A stretch of DNA of 64,000 nucleotides from Escherichia coli (lineage in GTDB: Bacteria; Pseudomonadota; Gammaproteobacteria; Enterobacterales; Enterobacteriaceae): NCBI RefSeq assembly GCF_017348835.2, contig NZ_CP071375.1; one strand, written 5' to 3'. A program made the translations under genes and the position numbers. Shown one piece after another: positions 37,776-50,448 of this stretch. Position 1 is the first letter of the stretch. The number at the start of each line of letters is the position of its first letter. The notes below the pieces were generated by a model that saw only the letters and a list, made by a program, of their open reading frames with translations, was not told the origin of the DNA and did not search any database.

Positions 37776-38951
37776 ATGACAAATCAACCAACGGAAATTG
37801 CCATTGTCGGCGGAGGAATGGTCGGCGGCGCACTGGCGCTGGGGCTGGCACAGCACGGATTTTCGGTAACGGTGATCGAGCACGCAGAACCTGCACCGTT
37901 TATCGCTGACAGCCAGCCGGATGTGCGGATCTCGGCGATCAGCGCGGCTTCGGTATCATTGCTTAAAGGGTTAGGGGTCTGGGATGCAGTACAGGCTATG
38001 CGTTGCCATCCTTACCGCAGACTGGAAACGTGGGAGTGGGAAACGGCGCATGTGGTGTTTGATGCTGCTGAACTAAAGCTGCCGCTGCTTGGCTACATGG
38101 TGGAAAACACTGTCCTGCAACAGGCGCTGTGGCAGGCGCTGGAAGCGCATCCGAAAGTAACGTTACGTGTGCCAGGCTCGCTGATTGCATTACATCGAGA
38201 TAATGATCTTCAGGAGCTGGAACTGAAGGGCGGTGAAACGATCCGCGCGAAGCTGGTGATTGGTGCCGACGGCGCAAATTCGCAGGTGCGGCAGATGGCG
38301 GGAATTGGCGTTCATGCCTGGCAGTATGCGCAGTCGTGCATGTTGATTAGCGTCCAGTGCGAGAACGATCCCGGCGATAGCACCTGGCAGCAATTTACTC
38401 CGGACGGACCGCGTGCGTTTCTGCCGTTGTTTGATAACTGGGCATCGCTGGTGTGGTATGACTCTCCGGCGCGTATTCGCCAGTTGCAGAATATGAATAT
38501 GGCACAGCTCCAGGCGGAAATCGCGAAGCATTTCCCGTCGCGTCTGGGGTACGTTACACCGCTTGCCACTGGTGCGTTTCCGCTGACGCGTCGCCATGCG
38601 TTGCAGTATGTGCAGCCAGGGCTTGCGCTGGTGGGCGATGCCGCGCATACCATCCATCCGCTGGCGGGGCAGGGGGTGAATCTTGGTTATCGTGATGTCG
38701 ATGCCCTGATTGATGTTCTGGTGAATGCCCGCAGCTACGGCGAAGCGTGGGCCAGTTATCCTGTCCTCAAGCGTTACCAGATGCGGCGCATGGCGGATAA
38801 CTTCATTATGCAGAGCGGTATGGATCTGTTTTATGCCGGATTCAGTAATAATCTGCCGCCGCTGCGTTTTGTGCGTAATCTTGGTTTGATGGCGGCGGAG
38901 CGTGCTGGCGTGTTGAAACGTCAGGCGCTGAAATATGCGTTAGGGTTGTAG
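37776..38951 (+). CDS. ubiF: 2-octaprenyl-3-methyl-6-methoxy-1,4-benzoquinol hydroxylase (FAD monooxygenase)
   Basis: FAD-binding GGGMVGG motif; start at MTNQPTEIAIVGGG (391 aa). Confidence 0.93.
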   Translation: MTNQPTEIAIVGGGMVGGALALGLAQHGFSVTVIEHAEPAPFIADSQPDVRISAISAASVSLLKGLGVWDAVQAMRCHPYRRLETWEWETAHVVFDAAELKLPLLGYMVENTVLQQALWQALEAHPKVTLRVPGSLIALHRDNDLQELELKGGETIRAKLVIGADGANSQVRQMAGIGVHAWQYAQSCMLISVQCENDPGDSTWQQFTPDGPRAFLPLFDNWASLVWYDSPARIRQLQNMNMAQLQAEIAKHFPSRLGYVTPLATGAFPLTRRHALQYVQPGLALVGDAAHTIHPLAGQGVNLGYRDVDALIDVLVNARSYGEAWASYPVLKRYQMRRMADNFIMQSGMDLFYAGFSNNLPPLRFVRNLGLMAAERAGVLKRQALKYALGL

Positions 38952-38961
38952 CCTTACAACA

Positions 38962-39050
38962 TTGCCGGATGCGTGCCAACCGTAGGTCGGATAAGACGCG
39001 GCAGCGTCGCATCCGACATTGAAGGATAAGACGTGTCAACATCGCATTCG
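38962..39050. repeat. REP/BIME cluster downstream of ubiF
   Basis: Tandem imperfect palindromes of the gccggatgcg / cgcatccgac type. Confidence 0.6.
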
Positions 39051-39071
39051 ACATTGAATGAACGCAGAAAA

Positions 39072-39100
39072 GCAAAAAGCTCGCCGAAGCGAGCTTTTTT
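39072..39100 (-). terminator. Rho-independent terminator of the tRNA operon
   Basis: Minus-strand hairpin aagctcgc..gcgagctt followed by a U-rich tract, directly downstream of glnX. Confidence 0.8.
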
Positions 39101-39104
39101 AATG

Positions 39105-39179
39105 TGGCTGGGGTACGAGGATTCGAACCTCGGAATGCCGGAATCAGAATCCGGTGCCTTACCGCTTGGCGATACCCCA
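39105..39179 (-). tRNA. glnX: tRNA-Gln (anticodon CUG)
   Basis: 75 nt; reverse complement reads UGGGGUAUCGCCAAGCGG...CCAGCCA; anticodon loop read by eye. Confidence 0.9.
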
Positions 39180-39216
39180 ACTGGGTGCACTTACAAGGTA
39201 AGCGTCTTGAATAAAT

Positions 39217-39291
39217 TGGCTGGGGTACGAGGATTCGAACCTCGGAATGCCGGAATCAGAATCCGGTGCCTTACCGCTTGGCGATACCCCA
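39217..39291 (-). tRNA. glnV: tRNA-Gln (anticodon CUG)
   Basis: Identical copy of the 39105..39179 gene. Confidence 0.9.
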
Positions 39292-39339
39292 ACAAATTGG
39301 TTTTTGAATTTGCCGAACATATTCGACACATTCAGAATT

Positions 39340-39416
39340 TGGTGGCTACGACGGGATTCGAACCTGTGACCCCATCATTATGAGTGATGTGCTCTAACCA
39401 ACTGAGCTACGTAGCC
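39340..39416 (-). tRNA. metU: Elongator tRNA-Met (anticodon CAU)
   Basis: 77 nt; GGCUACGUAGCUCAGUUGG...CCACCA; anticodon CAU. Confidence 0.9.
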
Positions 39417-39431
39417 AGATTGTTTCTTCGA

Positions 39432-39506
39432 TGGCTGGGGTACCTGGATTCGAACCAGGGAATGCCGGTATCAAAAACCGGTGCCTTACCGCTTGGCGAT
39501 ACCCCA
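39432..39506 (-). tRNA. glnW: tRNA-Gln (anticodon UUG)
   Basis: 75 nt; same scaffold as glnX but anticodon loop UUUUGAU. Confidence 0.9.
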
Positions 39507-39540
39507 ATAACCGGGCGGTGAACCGCTTACTCGAAGAAGA

Positions 39541-39615
39541 TGGCTGGGGTACCTGGATTCGAACCAGGGAATGCCGGTATCAAAAACCGGTGCCTTACCG
39601 CTTGGCGATACCCCA
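39541..39615 (-). tRNA. glnU: tRNA-Gln (anticodon UUG)
   Basis: Identical copy of the 39432..39506 gene. Confidence 0.9.
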
Positions 39616-39638
39616 TCCGTACAACGCTTTCTGGTGAA

Positions 39639-39723
39639 TGGTGCGGGAGGCGAGACTTGAACTCGCACACCTTGCGGCGCCAGAACCTAAATCTGGTGCG
39701 TCTACCAATTTCGCCACTCCCGC
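39639..39723 (-). tRNA. leuW: tRNA-Leu (anticodon UAG), long variable arm
   Basis: 85 nt; GCGGGAGUGGCGAAAUUGG...CCCGCACCA. Confidence 0.9.
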
Positions 39724-39731
39724 AAAAAAGA

Positions 39732-39808
39732 TGGTGGCTACGACGGGATTCGAACCTGTGACCCCATCATTATGAGTGATGTGCTCTAACCAACTGAGCT
39801 ACGTAGCC
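39732..39808 (-). tRNA. metT: Elongator tRNA-Met (anticodon CAU)
   Basis: 77 nt; identical copy of the 39340..39416 gene; first gene of the operon. Confidence 0.9.
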
Positions 39809-40150
39809 ATCTTTTTTTTCGCGATACCTTATCGGCGTTGCGGGGCGCATTATGCGTATAGAGCCTTGCAGCGTCAACCTCTTTTTCAAGGAAAATTGCT
39901 CGAAAGTGACTGTTTGGTTAGGTTGCGAACAGCGTGGCGCTATATTCGTCAATTATTGTTTACTTTGTGTTTTTTCCCACCCTACAGCCATTCTTTTGTC
40001 ATACAGGATGAAATTCGGAATTTAACAATAGTGGTGGGAAATTAATCTATGAAATACTGGCCTACAGTGATGAGTTGTCAAACAGTGATGTGGCAAACCC
40101 GGAACATTTCCTTACTGCATATCAGAATCAACAAGCACCTCAATAACTGA

Positions 40151-40178
40151 AACAGCCCCGGATTTCACCGGGGCTGTT
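40151..40178 (-). terminator. Hairpin terminator downstream of asnB
   Basis: aacagccccgg-atttca-ccggggctgtt perfect stem. Confidence 0.6.
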
Positions 40179-40187
40179 TCGCATTTC

Positions 40188-41852
40188 TTACTTATACGCC
40201 GACTGGTGAACACCAACCGCGCGACCAGACGGATCGTCCATTTTCTTGAACGCTTCATCCCATTCGATCGCTTTAGCGGAAGAACACGCGACGGAAGGAC
40301 CGCCCGGCACGCACTCAGCGGCACTCGGAAGCGGGAATAGTTCTTCAAAGATCTCCCGGTACAGATACGCTTCTTTTGAGGTCGGTGTGTTGTACGGGAA
40401 GCGGAAGCGGGCAGTTTCCAGCTGTTGATCAGAAACCTGCTGCGCCGCCACTTCTTTCAGGGTGTCGATCCAACTGTAACCGACGCCATCGGAGAACTGC
40501 TCTTTCTGCCGCCAGGCCACGCTTGCGGGCAGGTATGACTCAAAACATTCACGCAGGATGTGTTTTTCCATCTTGCCGTTACCGCACATTTTATCCTGCG
40601 GGTTAATGCGCATCGCCACGTCGAGGAATTTCTTGTCGAGGAACGGAACGCGTGCTTCCACGCCCCAGGCTGACATCGCTTTGTTGGCACGGGCGCAGTC
40701 ATACATATGCAGGGCCAGCAGTTTACGCACCGTCTCTTCATGCAGTTCTTTGGCATTCGGTGCTTTGTGGAAGTAAAGATAACCGCCAAACACTTCATCA
40801 GAACCTTCACCGGACAGCACCATTTTAATGCCCATCGCTTTGATCTTACGCGACATTAAATACATCGGTGTTGAAGCGCGAATAGTGGTCACATCATAGG
40901 TTTCGATGTGGTAAATCACGTCGCGGATGGCGTCCAGACCTTCCTGTACAGTGAAGTGAATTTCATGATGCACAGTGCCCAGATGGTTTGCCACTTCCTG
41001 GGCTGCTTTCAGATCCGGTGAACCCGGCAGACCTACAGCAAAGGAGTGTAACTGCGGCCACCAGGCTTCAGAGCGTTCCTGATCTTCCACGCGACGGGCT
41101 GCGTATTTCTTGGTGATAGCGGAAATAATTGAGGAATCCAGACCACCAGAAAGCAGCACACCGTAAGGCACATCAGACATCAGATGGCTTTTAACGGAAT
41201 CTTCCAGAGCCTGACGCAGCTCGTTTTTGTCGGTGACATTATCTTTCACCGCATCGTAGTCGAACCAGTCGCGATGATAATAAGAACGGATTTCGCCGTC
41301 CTGACTCCACAAATAGCTCCCCGCCGGGAACTCTTTAATCGTGCGGCATACCGGCACGAGGGCTTTCATTTCTGAGGCCACATACAGCTGACCATGTTCG
41401 TCATAGCCCATATACAGTGGGATGATCCCCAGATGGTCGCGACCAATCAGGTAGGCATCTTTTTCGCTGTCGTACAGGGCAAAGGCAAACATGCCCTGCA
41501 AGTCGTCGAGAAATTCCGGCCCTTTTTCCTGATACAGCGCGAGGATCACTTCACAGTCAGACCCTGTCTGGAACTGATAACGATCGCCGTATTCAGCGCG
41601 CAATGCCTGGTGATTGTAGATTTCACCGTTTACCGCCAGTACGTGGGTTTTTTGTTGGTTGTAGAGAGGTTGCGCCCCCGCGTTAACGTCAACAATTGAC
41701 AGACGTTCGTGGGCGAGAATGGCGTTATCACTGGCATAAATACCGGACCAGTCCGGGCCACGATGACGCATCAGGCGTGACAGCTCGAGTGCTTTCTTAC
41801 GCAGCTCAACTGCGTCTGTTTTGATATCGAATACGCCAAAAATTGAACACAT
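40188..41852 (-). CDS. asnB: Asparagine synthetase B (glutamine-hydrolysing)
   Basis: Start at the internal ATG 41852 (MCSIFGV..., Cys2 nucleophile, 554 aa); the ORF-track extension to 41933 is not used. Confidence 0.95.
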   Translation of the reverse strand: MCSIFGVFDIKTDAVELRKKALELSRLMRHRGPDWSGIYASDNAILAHERLSIVDVNAGAQPLYNQQKTHVLAVNGEIYNHQALRAEYGDRYQFQTGSDCEVILALYQEKGPEFLDDLQGMFAFALYDSEKDAYLIGRDHLGIIPLYMGYDEHGQLYVASEMKALVPVCRTIKEFPAGSYLWSQDGEIRSYYHRDWFDYDAVKDNVTDKNELRQALEDSVKSHLMSDVPYGVLLSGGLDSSIISAITKKYAARRVEDQERSEAWWPQLHSFAVGLPGSPDLKAAQEVANHLGTVHHEIHFTVQEGLDAIRDVIYHIETYDVTTIRASTPMYLMSRKIKAMGIKMVLSGEGSDEVFGGYLYFHKAPNAKELHEETVRKLLALHMYDCARANKAMSAWGVEARVPFLDKKFLDVAMRINPQDKMCGNGKMEKHILRECFESYLPASVAWRQKEQFSDGVGYSWIDTLKEVAAQQVSDQQLETARFRFPYNTPTSKEAYLYREIFEELFPLPSAAECVPGGPSVACSSAKAIEWDEAFKKMDDPSGRAVGVHQSAYK

Positions 41853-42098
41853 AACCTTCTCCGTTAACCTGGTATTTGTTGCTTGTTGTGTTTGCTTGTT
41901 TAAAAAAATGCCGCAAAGCAGCACTGTGCGCAAGCGATTTGGCGGTGAAAAAATAAAAAACGTAATGGTGATTGCTGATTTGTGAAAAAGGGGAGGGTGC
42001 GGTGATGTATTTATTAATGGATCGATAATTTTTGGCGGGTTTTATTGAATGTTTATATTTTACGGGGGCCAAATTGCTGACAAAGTGCGATTTGTTCA

Positions 42099-42198
42099 TG
42101 CCGGATGCGGCGTGAACGCCTTATTCGGCCTACAAAAGCATGAAAATTCAATAAATTGCAGGAGCTGCGTAGGCCTGATAAGCGTAGCGCATCAGGCA
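42099..42198. repeat. REP/BIME cluster between asnB and umpH
   Basis: tgccggatgcggcgtgaacgccttattcggcctac and gtaggcctgataagcgtagcgcatcaggca palindromic units. Confidence 0.7.
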
Positions 42199-42248
42199 GT
42201 TTGGCGTTTGTCATCAGAGCCAACCACGTCCGCAGACGTGGTTGCTAT

Positions 42249-43001
42249 TCAGATAACGTCGATTTCAGCGACCGATGGGTAAATCCAGCTGGGGCGGAAC
42301 GGCATACTGTCGATATCGTCGAGCGATGAAACACCAGAGAGCACCAGAATCGTCTCCAGACCTGCCTGGAAGCCGGCCAGAATATCGGTACGCAGGTTAT
42401 CGCCGACAATCACCGTTTCTTCCGAATGTGCCTGCATTTTGTTTAATGCCGCGCGGATAATCCACGGACTCGGCTTACCAACATAGAACGGTTTACGCCC
42501 GGAGATTTTTTCGATCCCTGCACACAACGCGCCACAGGCGGGATAAAAACCGCGCCCGTGGGTGTCCGGGTTGGTGGCGATAAAACGTGCACCGTTAGCG
42601 ACGAAATAGGCCGCTTTATGCATCATGTCCCAGTTGTAGGAACGCGTTTCGCCAACAATCACAAAATCAGGGTTCACATCGGTAATAGTGAAACCGGCTT
42701 TGTACAGTTCATGAATCAGTGCGCCTTCGCCCACCACATACGCTTTCTTGCCTTCCTGGCGACGCAGGAAATCGGCGGTCGCCATCGCAGAGGTATAAAA
42801 CACGCTGTCAGGTACATCGACACCGGCAGTGGCAAAGCGGTTCGCCAGATCCTGCCCGGTCTGCGAAGGATAGTTGGTCAGCAACACCAGCGGCAGGCCT
42901 TTATCCATAATCCCGTGCAAAAATTCCGCTGCACCCGGTACGGCGACGTTATCGTGCATCAGCACGCCGTCGATATCGCAAATTACATTTTTAATGGTCA
43001 T
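42249..43001 (-). CDS. umpH: UMP phosphatase (HAD superfamily)
   Basis: 250 aa; HAD motif I DIDGVL. Confidence 0.94.
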   Translation of the reverse strand: MTIKNVICDIDGVLMHDNVAVPGAAEFLHGIMDKGLPLVLLTNYPSQTGQDLANRFATAGVDVPDSVFYTSAMATADFLRRQEGKKAYVVGEGALIHELYKAGFTITDVNPDFVIVGETRSYNWDMMHKAAYFVANGARFIATNPDTHGRGFYPACGALCAGIEKISGRKPFYVGKPSPWIIRAALNKMQAHSEETVIVGDNLRTDILAGFQAGLETILVLSGVSSLDDIDSMPFRPSWIYPSVAEIDVI

Positions 43002-43048
43002 GGACTACCCAGAATATTGACAACAATAAGCGCCACTATAAAAGCACA

Positions 43049-44269
43049 TTAATTTTCCAGCAAATGCTGGAGCAAAATACCGTTGAGCATGGCGCGTTTT
43101 ACCAGCGCAAAAGCGCCGATTGCCGAGCGGTGATCCAGCTCAGAACGTACCACCGGCAGATTAGTACGAAACGCCTTCAGCGCCTGGGTATTAATGCAGC
43201 TTTCAATAGCAGGGAGCAGCACTTTATCGGCTTCGGTGATTTCACCGGCAATAACAATTTTTTGCGGATTAAATAAGTTGATAGCAATGGCGATGGTTTT
43301 GCCCAGATGACGACCGACATACTCAATCACTTCCGAGGCCAGGCTATCGCCTTTGTTCGCGGCTTTGCAGATAGTTTTGATGGTGCAGTCGTCCAGCGGC
43401 ACGCGGCTCTGGTAGCCCTGCTTTAACAGATTCAACACCCGTTGTTCAATGGCAGCGTTGGCGGCGATAGTTTCCAGGCAGCCAAAGTTGCCGCAGTGGC
43501 AGCGTTCACCCAGCGGTTCGACCTGAATATGGCCAATTTCACCGACGTTGCCGTTGCGGCCAATAAAAATGCGCCCGTTAGAGATAATCCCGGCCCCGGT
43601 TCCGCGATGGACACGCACCAGAATGGAGTCTTCGCAATCCTGACTTGCACCGAAGTAGTGCTCTGCCAGCGCCAGACTACGGATATCGTGGCCGACAAAA
43701 CAGGTCACTTTAAAACGCTCTTCCAGTGCTTCTACCAGCCCCCAGTTTTCCACCTGAATATGCGGCATGTAATGAATTTTGCCGCTGTCCGGGTCAACAA
43801 GTCCAGGCAGGATCACGGAAATGGCGATCAGCTCGCGCAGCTTGCGTTGGTAGCTATCAATAAACTGAGCAATGGCATTCAGCAGGGCATGTTCCAGCGT
43901 CTGCTGGGTACGTTCCGGCAGCGGGTAATGTTCTTCTGCCAGCACTTTGCTGCTGAGATCAAACAGAGTGATGGTGGCGTCATGACGACCAAGCCGTACG
44001 CCGATTGCGTGGAAATTGCGGGTTTCGGTGACGATAGAGATAGCGCGGCGGCCCCCGGTGGAGGCCTGCTGATCAACTTCTTTGATCAGCCCGCGTTCGA
44101 TAAGCTGACGCGTAATTTTGGTTACGCTGGCGGGGGCAAGCTGGCTTTGCTCGGCAATCTGAATCCGCGAGATTGGCCCGTACTGGTCAATCAGGCGATA
44201 AACCGCCGCGCTGTTAAGCTGTTTTACGAGATCAACATTACCTATCTGAGCTTGTCCGCCTGGTGTCAT
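43049..44269 (-). CDS. nagC: N-acetylglucosamine repressor NagC (ROK family)
   Basis: 406 aa; N-terminal HTH and ROK signature with Cys/His zinc site (HCHCGNFGCLE). Confidence 0.95.
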   Translation of the reverse strand: MTPGGQAQIGNVDLVKQLNSAAVYRLIDQYGPISRIQIAEQSQLAPASVTKITRQLIERGLIKEVDQQASTGGRRAISIVTETRNFHAIGVRLGRHDATITLFDLSSKVLAEEHYPLPERTQQTLEHALLNAIAQFIDSYQRKLRELIAISVILPGLVDPDSGKIHYMPHIQVENWGLVEALEERFKVTCFVGHDIRSLALAEHYFGASQDCEDSILVRVHRGTGAGIISNGRIFIGRNGNVGEIGHIQVEPLGERCHCGNFGCLETIAANAAIEQRVLNLLKQGYQSRVPLDDCTIKTICKAANKGDSLASEVIEYVGRHLGKTIAIAINLFNPQKIVIAGEITEADKVLLPAIESCINTQALKAFRTNLPVVRSELDHRSAIGAFALVKRAMLNGILLQHLLEN

Positions 44270-44277
44270 ACTTTCTC

Positions 44278-46286
<2,009 letters not shown>

Positions 46287-46618
46287 TATTCACCTCAATA
46301 AGTAAAATGTAAGCCGTTGGCGGATTAGGCATCTTTAAGCGTAACCTGGATTTGCGCAGACAGGCGTCAATCCGACCTGATTTTTTGAATGATAAAATAA
46401 GTTTTCTGGTTTAGCCAGTAAAAGGGAGTGATGATAACGATATTTGGTGACAAAACTCACAAAAGACACGCATTTAATTTGCGATACGAATTAAATTTTC
46501 ACACACTCTGTAGCAGATGATCTAACAATCTGATTACAGAACATCGGCAGTAAAATTTGCAGCAAAATAAAAATACGGCTTTAAACGAGCCAAATAGGGT
46601 TCTCGTAGGGGGAATAAG
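46287..46618. promoter_or_regulatory. Divergent nagB / nagE promoter-operator region
   Basis: 332-bp AT-rich spacer between divergent nagBACD and nagE; NagC/CRP control inferred from architecture, individual sites not mapped here. Confidence 0.5.
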
Positions 46619-48565
46619 ATGAATATTTTAGGTTTTTTCCAGCGACTCGGTAGGGCGTTACAGCTCCCTATCGCGGTGCTGCCGGTGGCGGCACTGTTGC
46701 TGCGATTCGGTCAGCCAGATTTACTTAACGTTGCGTTTATTGCCCAGGCGGGCGGTGCGATTTTTGATAACCTCGCATTAATCTTCGCCATCGGTGTGGC
46801 ATCCAGCTGGTCGAAAGACAGCGCAGGTGCGGCGGCGCTGGCGGGTGCGGTAGGTTACTTTGTGTTAACCAAAGCGATGGTGACCATCAACCCAGAAATT
46901 AACATGGGTGTACTGGCGGGTATCATTACCGGTCTGGTTGGTGGCGCAGCCTATAACCGTTGGTCCGATATTAAACTGCCGGACTTCCTGAGCTTCTTCG
47001 GCGGCAAACGCTTTGTGCCGATCGCCACCGGCTTCTTCTGCCTGGTGCTGGCGGCCATTTTTGGTTACGTCTGGCCGCCGGTACAGCACGCTATCCATGC
47101 AGGCGGCGAGTGGATCGTTTCTGCAGGCGCGCTGGGTTCCGGTATCTTTGGTTTCATCAACCGTCTGCTGATCCCAACCGGTCTGCATCAGGTACTGAAC
47201 ACCATCGCCTGGTTCCAGATTGGTGAATTCACCAACGCGGCGGGTACGGTTTTCCACGGTGACATCAACCGCTTCTATGCCGGTGACGGCACCGCGGGGA
47301 TGTTCATGTCCGGCTTCTTCCCGATCATGATGTTCGGTCTGCCGGGTGCGGCGCTGGCGATGTACTTCGCAGCACCGAAAGAGCGTCGTCCGATGGTTGG
47401 CGGGATGCTGCTTTCTGTTGCTGTTACTGCGTTCCTGACCGGTGTGACTGAGCCGCTGGAATTCCTGTTCATGTTCCTTGCTCCGCTGCTGTACCTCCTG
47501 CACGCACTGCTGACCGGTATCAGCCTGTTTGTGGCAACGCTGCTGGGTATCCATGCCGGCTTCTCTTTCTCTGCGGGGGCTATCGACTACGCGTTGATGT
47601 ATAACCTGCCGGCCGCCAGCCAGAACGTCTGGATGCTGCTGGTGATGGGCGTTATCTTCTTCGCTATCTACTTCGTGGTGTTCAGTTTGGTTATCCGCAT
47701 GTTCAACCTGAAAACGCCGGGTCGTGAAGATAAAGAAGACGAGATCGTTACTGAAGAAGCCAACAGCAACACTGAAGAAGGTCTCAATCAACTGGCGACC
47801 AACTATATTGCTGCGGTTGGCGGCACTGACAACCTGAAAGCAATTGACGCCTGTATCACCCGTCTGCGCCTTACAGTGGCTGACTCTGCCCGCGTTAACG
47901 ATACGATGTGTAAACGTCTGGGTGCTTCTGGTGTAGTAAAACTGAACAAACAGACTATTCAGGTGATTGTTGGCGCGAAAGCAGAATCCATCGGCGATGC
48001 GATGAAGAAAGTCGTTGCCCGTGGCCCGGTAGCAGCTGCCTCTGCTGAAGCAACTCCGGCAACTGCCGCTCCTGTAGCAAAACCGCAGGCTGTACCAAAC
48101 GCGGTATCTATCGCGGAGCTGGTATCGCCGATTACCGGTGATGTCGTGGCACTGGATCAGGTTCCTGACGAAGCATTCGCCAGCAAAGCGGTGGGTGACG
48201 GTGTGGCGGTGAAACCGACAGATAAAATCGTCGTATCACCAGCCGCAGGGACAATCGTGAAAATCTTCAACACCAACCACGCGTTCTGTCTGGAAACCGA
48301 AAAAGGCGCGGAGATTGTCGTTCACATGGGTATCGACACCGTAGCGCTGGAAGGTAAAGGCTTTAAACGTCTGGTGGAAGAGGGCGCGCAGGTAAGCGCA
48401 GGGCAACCGATTCTGGAAATGGATCTGGATTACCTGAACGCTAACGCCCGTTCGATGATTAGCCCGGTGGTTTGCAGCAATATCGACGATTTCAGTGGCT
48501 TGATCATTAAAGCTCAGGGCCATGTTGTGGCGGGTCAAACACCGCTGTATGAAATCAAAAAGTAA
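46619..48565 (+). CDS. nagE: PTS N-acetylglucosamine-specific EIICBA
   Basis: 648 aa; membrane EIIC, EIIB (CITRLR) and C-terminal EIIA domains. Confidence 0.95.
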   Translation: MNILGFFQRLGRALQLPIAVLPVAALLLRFGQPDLLNVAFIAQAGGAIFDNLALIFAIGVASSWSKDSAGAAALAGAVGYFVLTKAMVTINPEINMGVLAGIITGLVGGAAYNRWSDIKLPDFLSFFGGKRFVPIATGFFCLVLAAIFGYVWPPVQHAIHAGGEWIVSAGALGSGIFGFINRLLIPTGLHQVLNTIAWFQIGEFTNAAGTVFHGDINRFYAGDGTAGMFMSGFFPIMMFGLPGAALAMYFAAPKERRPMVGGMLLSVAVTAFLTGVTEPLEFLFMFLAPLLYLLHALLTGISLFVATLLGIHAGFSFSAGAIDYALMYNLPAASQNVWMLLVMGVIFFAIYFVVFSLVIRMFNLKTPGREDKEDEIVTEEANSNTEEGLNQLATNYIAAVGGTDNLKAIDACITRLRLTVADSARVNDTMCKRLGASGVVKLNKQTIQVIVGAKAESIGDAMKKVVARGPVAAASAEATPATAAPVAKPQAVPNAVSIAELVSPITGDVVALDQVPDEAFASKAVGDGVAVKPTDKIVVSPAAGTIVKIFNTNHAFCLETEKGAEIVVHMGIDTVALEGKGFKRLVEEGAQVSAGQPILEMDLDYLNANARSMISPVVCSNIDDFSGLIIKAQGHVVAGQTPLYEIKK

Positions 48566-48574
48566 TCTGCTTTA

Positions 48575-48604
48575 TGCCTGATGCGACGCTTGAGCGTCGC
48601 ATCC
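48575..48604. repeat. REP-like palindrome downstream of nagE
   Basis: tgcctgatgcgacgcttgagcgtcgcatcc. Confidence 0.55.
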
Positions 48605-48613
48605 AACAATGAC

Positions 48614-48647
48614 AAGCGGTGGAGATCTTCTCTGCCGCTTTTTTTTT
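48614..48647 (+). terminator. Rho-independent terminator of nagE
   Basis: Stem-loop followed by a T9 run. Confidence 0.7.
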
Positions 48648-48767
48648 CATCAATCATCCCCATAATCTCAGTGAGATTTTCGATTTTCACTAACTAACAG
48701 TTGTCAGCCTGTCCCGCTTATAAGATCATACGCCGTTATACGTTGTTTACGCTTTGAGGAATCCACG

Positions 48768-50432
48768 ATGAGTGAGGCAGAAGCCCGCCCGACTAACTTT
48801 ATCCGTCAGATCATCGATGAAGATCTGGCCAGTGGTAAGCACACCACAGTACACACCCGTTTCCCGCCGGAGCCGAATGGCTATCTGCATATTGGCCATG
48901 CGAAATCTATCTGCCTGAACTTCGGGATCGCCCAGGACTATAAAGGCCAGTGCAACCTGCGTTTCGACGACACTAACCCGGTAAAAGAAGATATCGAGTA
49001 TGTTGAGTCGATCAAAAACGACGTAGAGTGGTTAGGTTTTCACTGGTCTGGTAACGTCCGTTACTCCTCCGATTATTTTGATCAGCTTCACGCATATGCG
49101 ATCGAACTGATCAATAAAGGCCTGGCGTACGTTGATGAACTGACGCCGGAACAGATCCGCGAATACCGCGGCACCCTGACACAGCCGGGTAAAAACAGCC
49201 CGTACCGCGACCGCAGCGTTGAAGAGAACCTGGCGCTGTTCGAGAAAATGCGTACCGGCGGTTTTGAAGAAGGTAAAGCCTGCCTGCGTGCGAAAATCGA
49301 CATGGCGTCGCCATTTATCGTAATGCGCGATCCGGTGCTGTACCGCATTAAATTTGCTGAACACCACCAGACTGGCAACAAGTGGTGCATCTACCCGATG
49401 TACGACTTCACCCATTGCATCAGCGATGCGCTGGAAGGTATTACGCACTCTCTGTGTACGCTTGAGTTCCAGGACAACCGTCGCCTGTACGACTGGGTAC
49501 TGGACAACATCACCATTCCTGTTCACCCGCGCCAATACGAATTCTCGCGCCTGAATCTGGAATACACTGTGATGTCCAAGCGTAAGCTGAACCTGCTGGT
49601 GACCGACAAGCACGTTGAAGGCTGGGATGACCCGCGTATGCCGACCATTTCCGGTCTGCGTCGTCGTGGTTACACTGCGGCTTCTATTCGTGAGTTCTGC
49701 AAACGCATCGGCGTGACCAAGCAGGACAACACCATTGAGATGGCGTCGCTGGAATCCTGCATCCGTGAAGATCTCAACGAAAATGCGCCGCGCGCAATGG
49801 CGGTTATCGATCCGGTGAAACTGGTTATCGAAAACTATCAGGGCGAAGGCGAAATGGTCACCATGCCGAACCATCCGAACAAACCGGAAATGGGGAGCCG
49901 TCAGGTGCCGTTTAGCGGTGAGATTTGGATCGATCGCGCCGATTTCCGCGAAGAAGCTAACAAGCAGTACAAACGTCTGGTGCTGGGTAAAGAAGTGCGT
50001 CTGCGTAATGCTTACGTCATTAAGGCTGAACGCGTGGAGAAAGATGCCGAAGGTAATATCACCACCATCTTCTGTACTTATGACGCCGACACCTTAAGCA
50101 AGGATCCGGCAGATGGTCGTAAAGTGAAAGGCGTTATTCACTGGGTAAGCGCGGCACATGCGCTGCCGGTTGAAATCCGCCTGTACGATCGTCTGTTCAG
50201 TGTGCCGAATCCAGGCGCTGCGGATGATTTCCTGTCGGTGATTAACCAGGATTCTCTGGTCATTAAACAGGGCTTTGCTGAACCGTCTCTGAAAGATGCG
50301 GTGGCAGGTAAAGCATTCCAGTTTGAGCGTGAAGGTTACTTCTGCCTCGATAGCCGCCATTCTACGGCGGAAAAACCGGTATTTAACCGCACCGTTGGGC
50401 TGCGTGATACCTGGGCGAAAGTAGGCGAGTAA
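48768..50432 (+). CDS. glnS: Glutaminyl-tRNA synthetase
   Basis: 554 aa; class I HIGH (HIGH at [12 protein letters not shown]) and KMSKS-type (VMSKR) motifs. Confidence 0.96.
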   Translation: MSEAEARPTNFIRQIIDEDLASGKHTTVHTRFPPEPNGYLHIGHAKSICLNFGIAQDYKGQCNLRFDDTNPVKEDIEYVESIKNDVEWLGFHWSGNVRYSSDYFDQLHAYAIELINKGLAYVDELTPEQIREYRGTLTQPGKNSPYRDRSVEENLALFEKMRTGGFEEGKACLRAKIDMASPFIVMRDPVLYRIKFAEHHQTGNKWCIYPMYDFTHCISDALEGITHSLCTLEFQDNRRLYDWVLDNITIPVHPRQYEFSRLNLEYTVMSKRKLNLLVTDKHVEGWDDPRMPTISGLRRRGYTAASIREFCKRIGVTKQDNTIEMASLESCIREDLNENAPRAMAVIDPVKLVIENYQGEGEMVTMPNHPNKPEMGSRQVPFSGEIWIDRADFREEANKQYKRLVLGKEVRLRNAYVIKAERVEKDAEGNITTIFCTYDADTLSKDPADGRKVKGVIHWVSAAHALPVEIRLYDRLFSVPNPGAADDFLSVINQDSLVIKQGFAEPSLKDAVAGKAFQFEREGYFCLDSRHSTAEKPVFNRTVGLRDTWAKVGE

Positions 50433-50448
50433 TTTTAAGTTTCGCTAT

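Noticed and set aside
39033-39761. Several 60-116-aa ORFs on both strands across the tRNA cluster
   Set aside because: They overlap seven tRNA genes; their translations are driven by the repeated tRNA sequence.
46865-47791. 308-aa ORF antisense to nagE
   Set aside because: Antisense to a well-supported PTS gene; composition is non-protein-like.
49032-49874. 280-aa ORF antisense to glnS
   Set aside because: Antisense artefact inside glnS.
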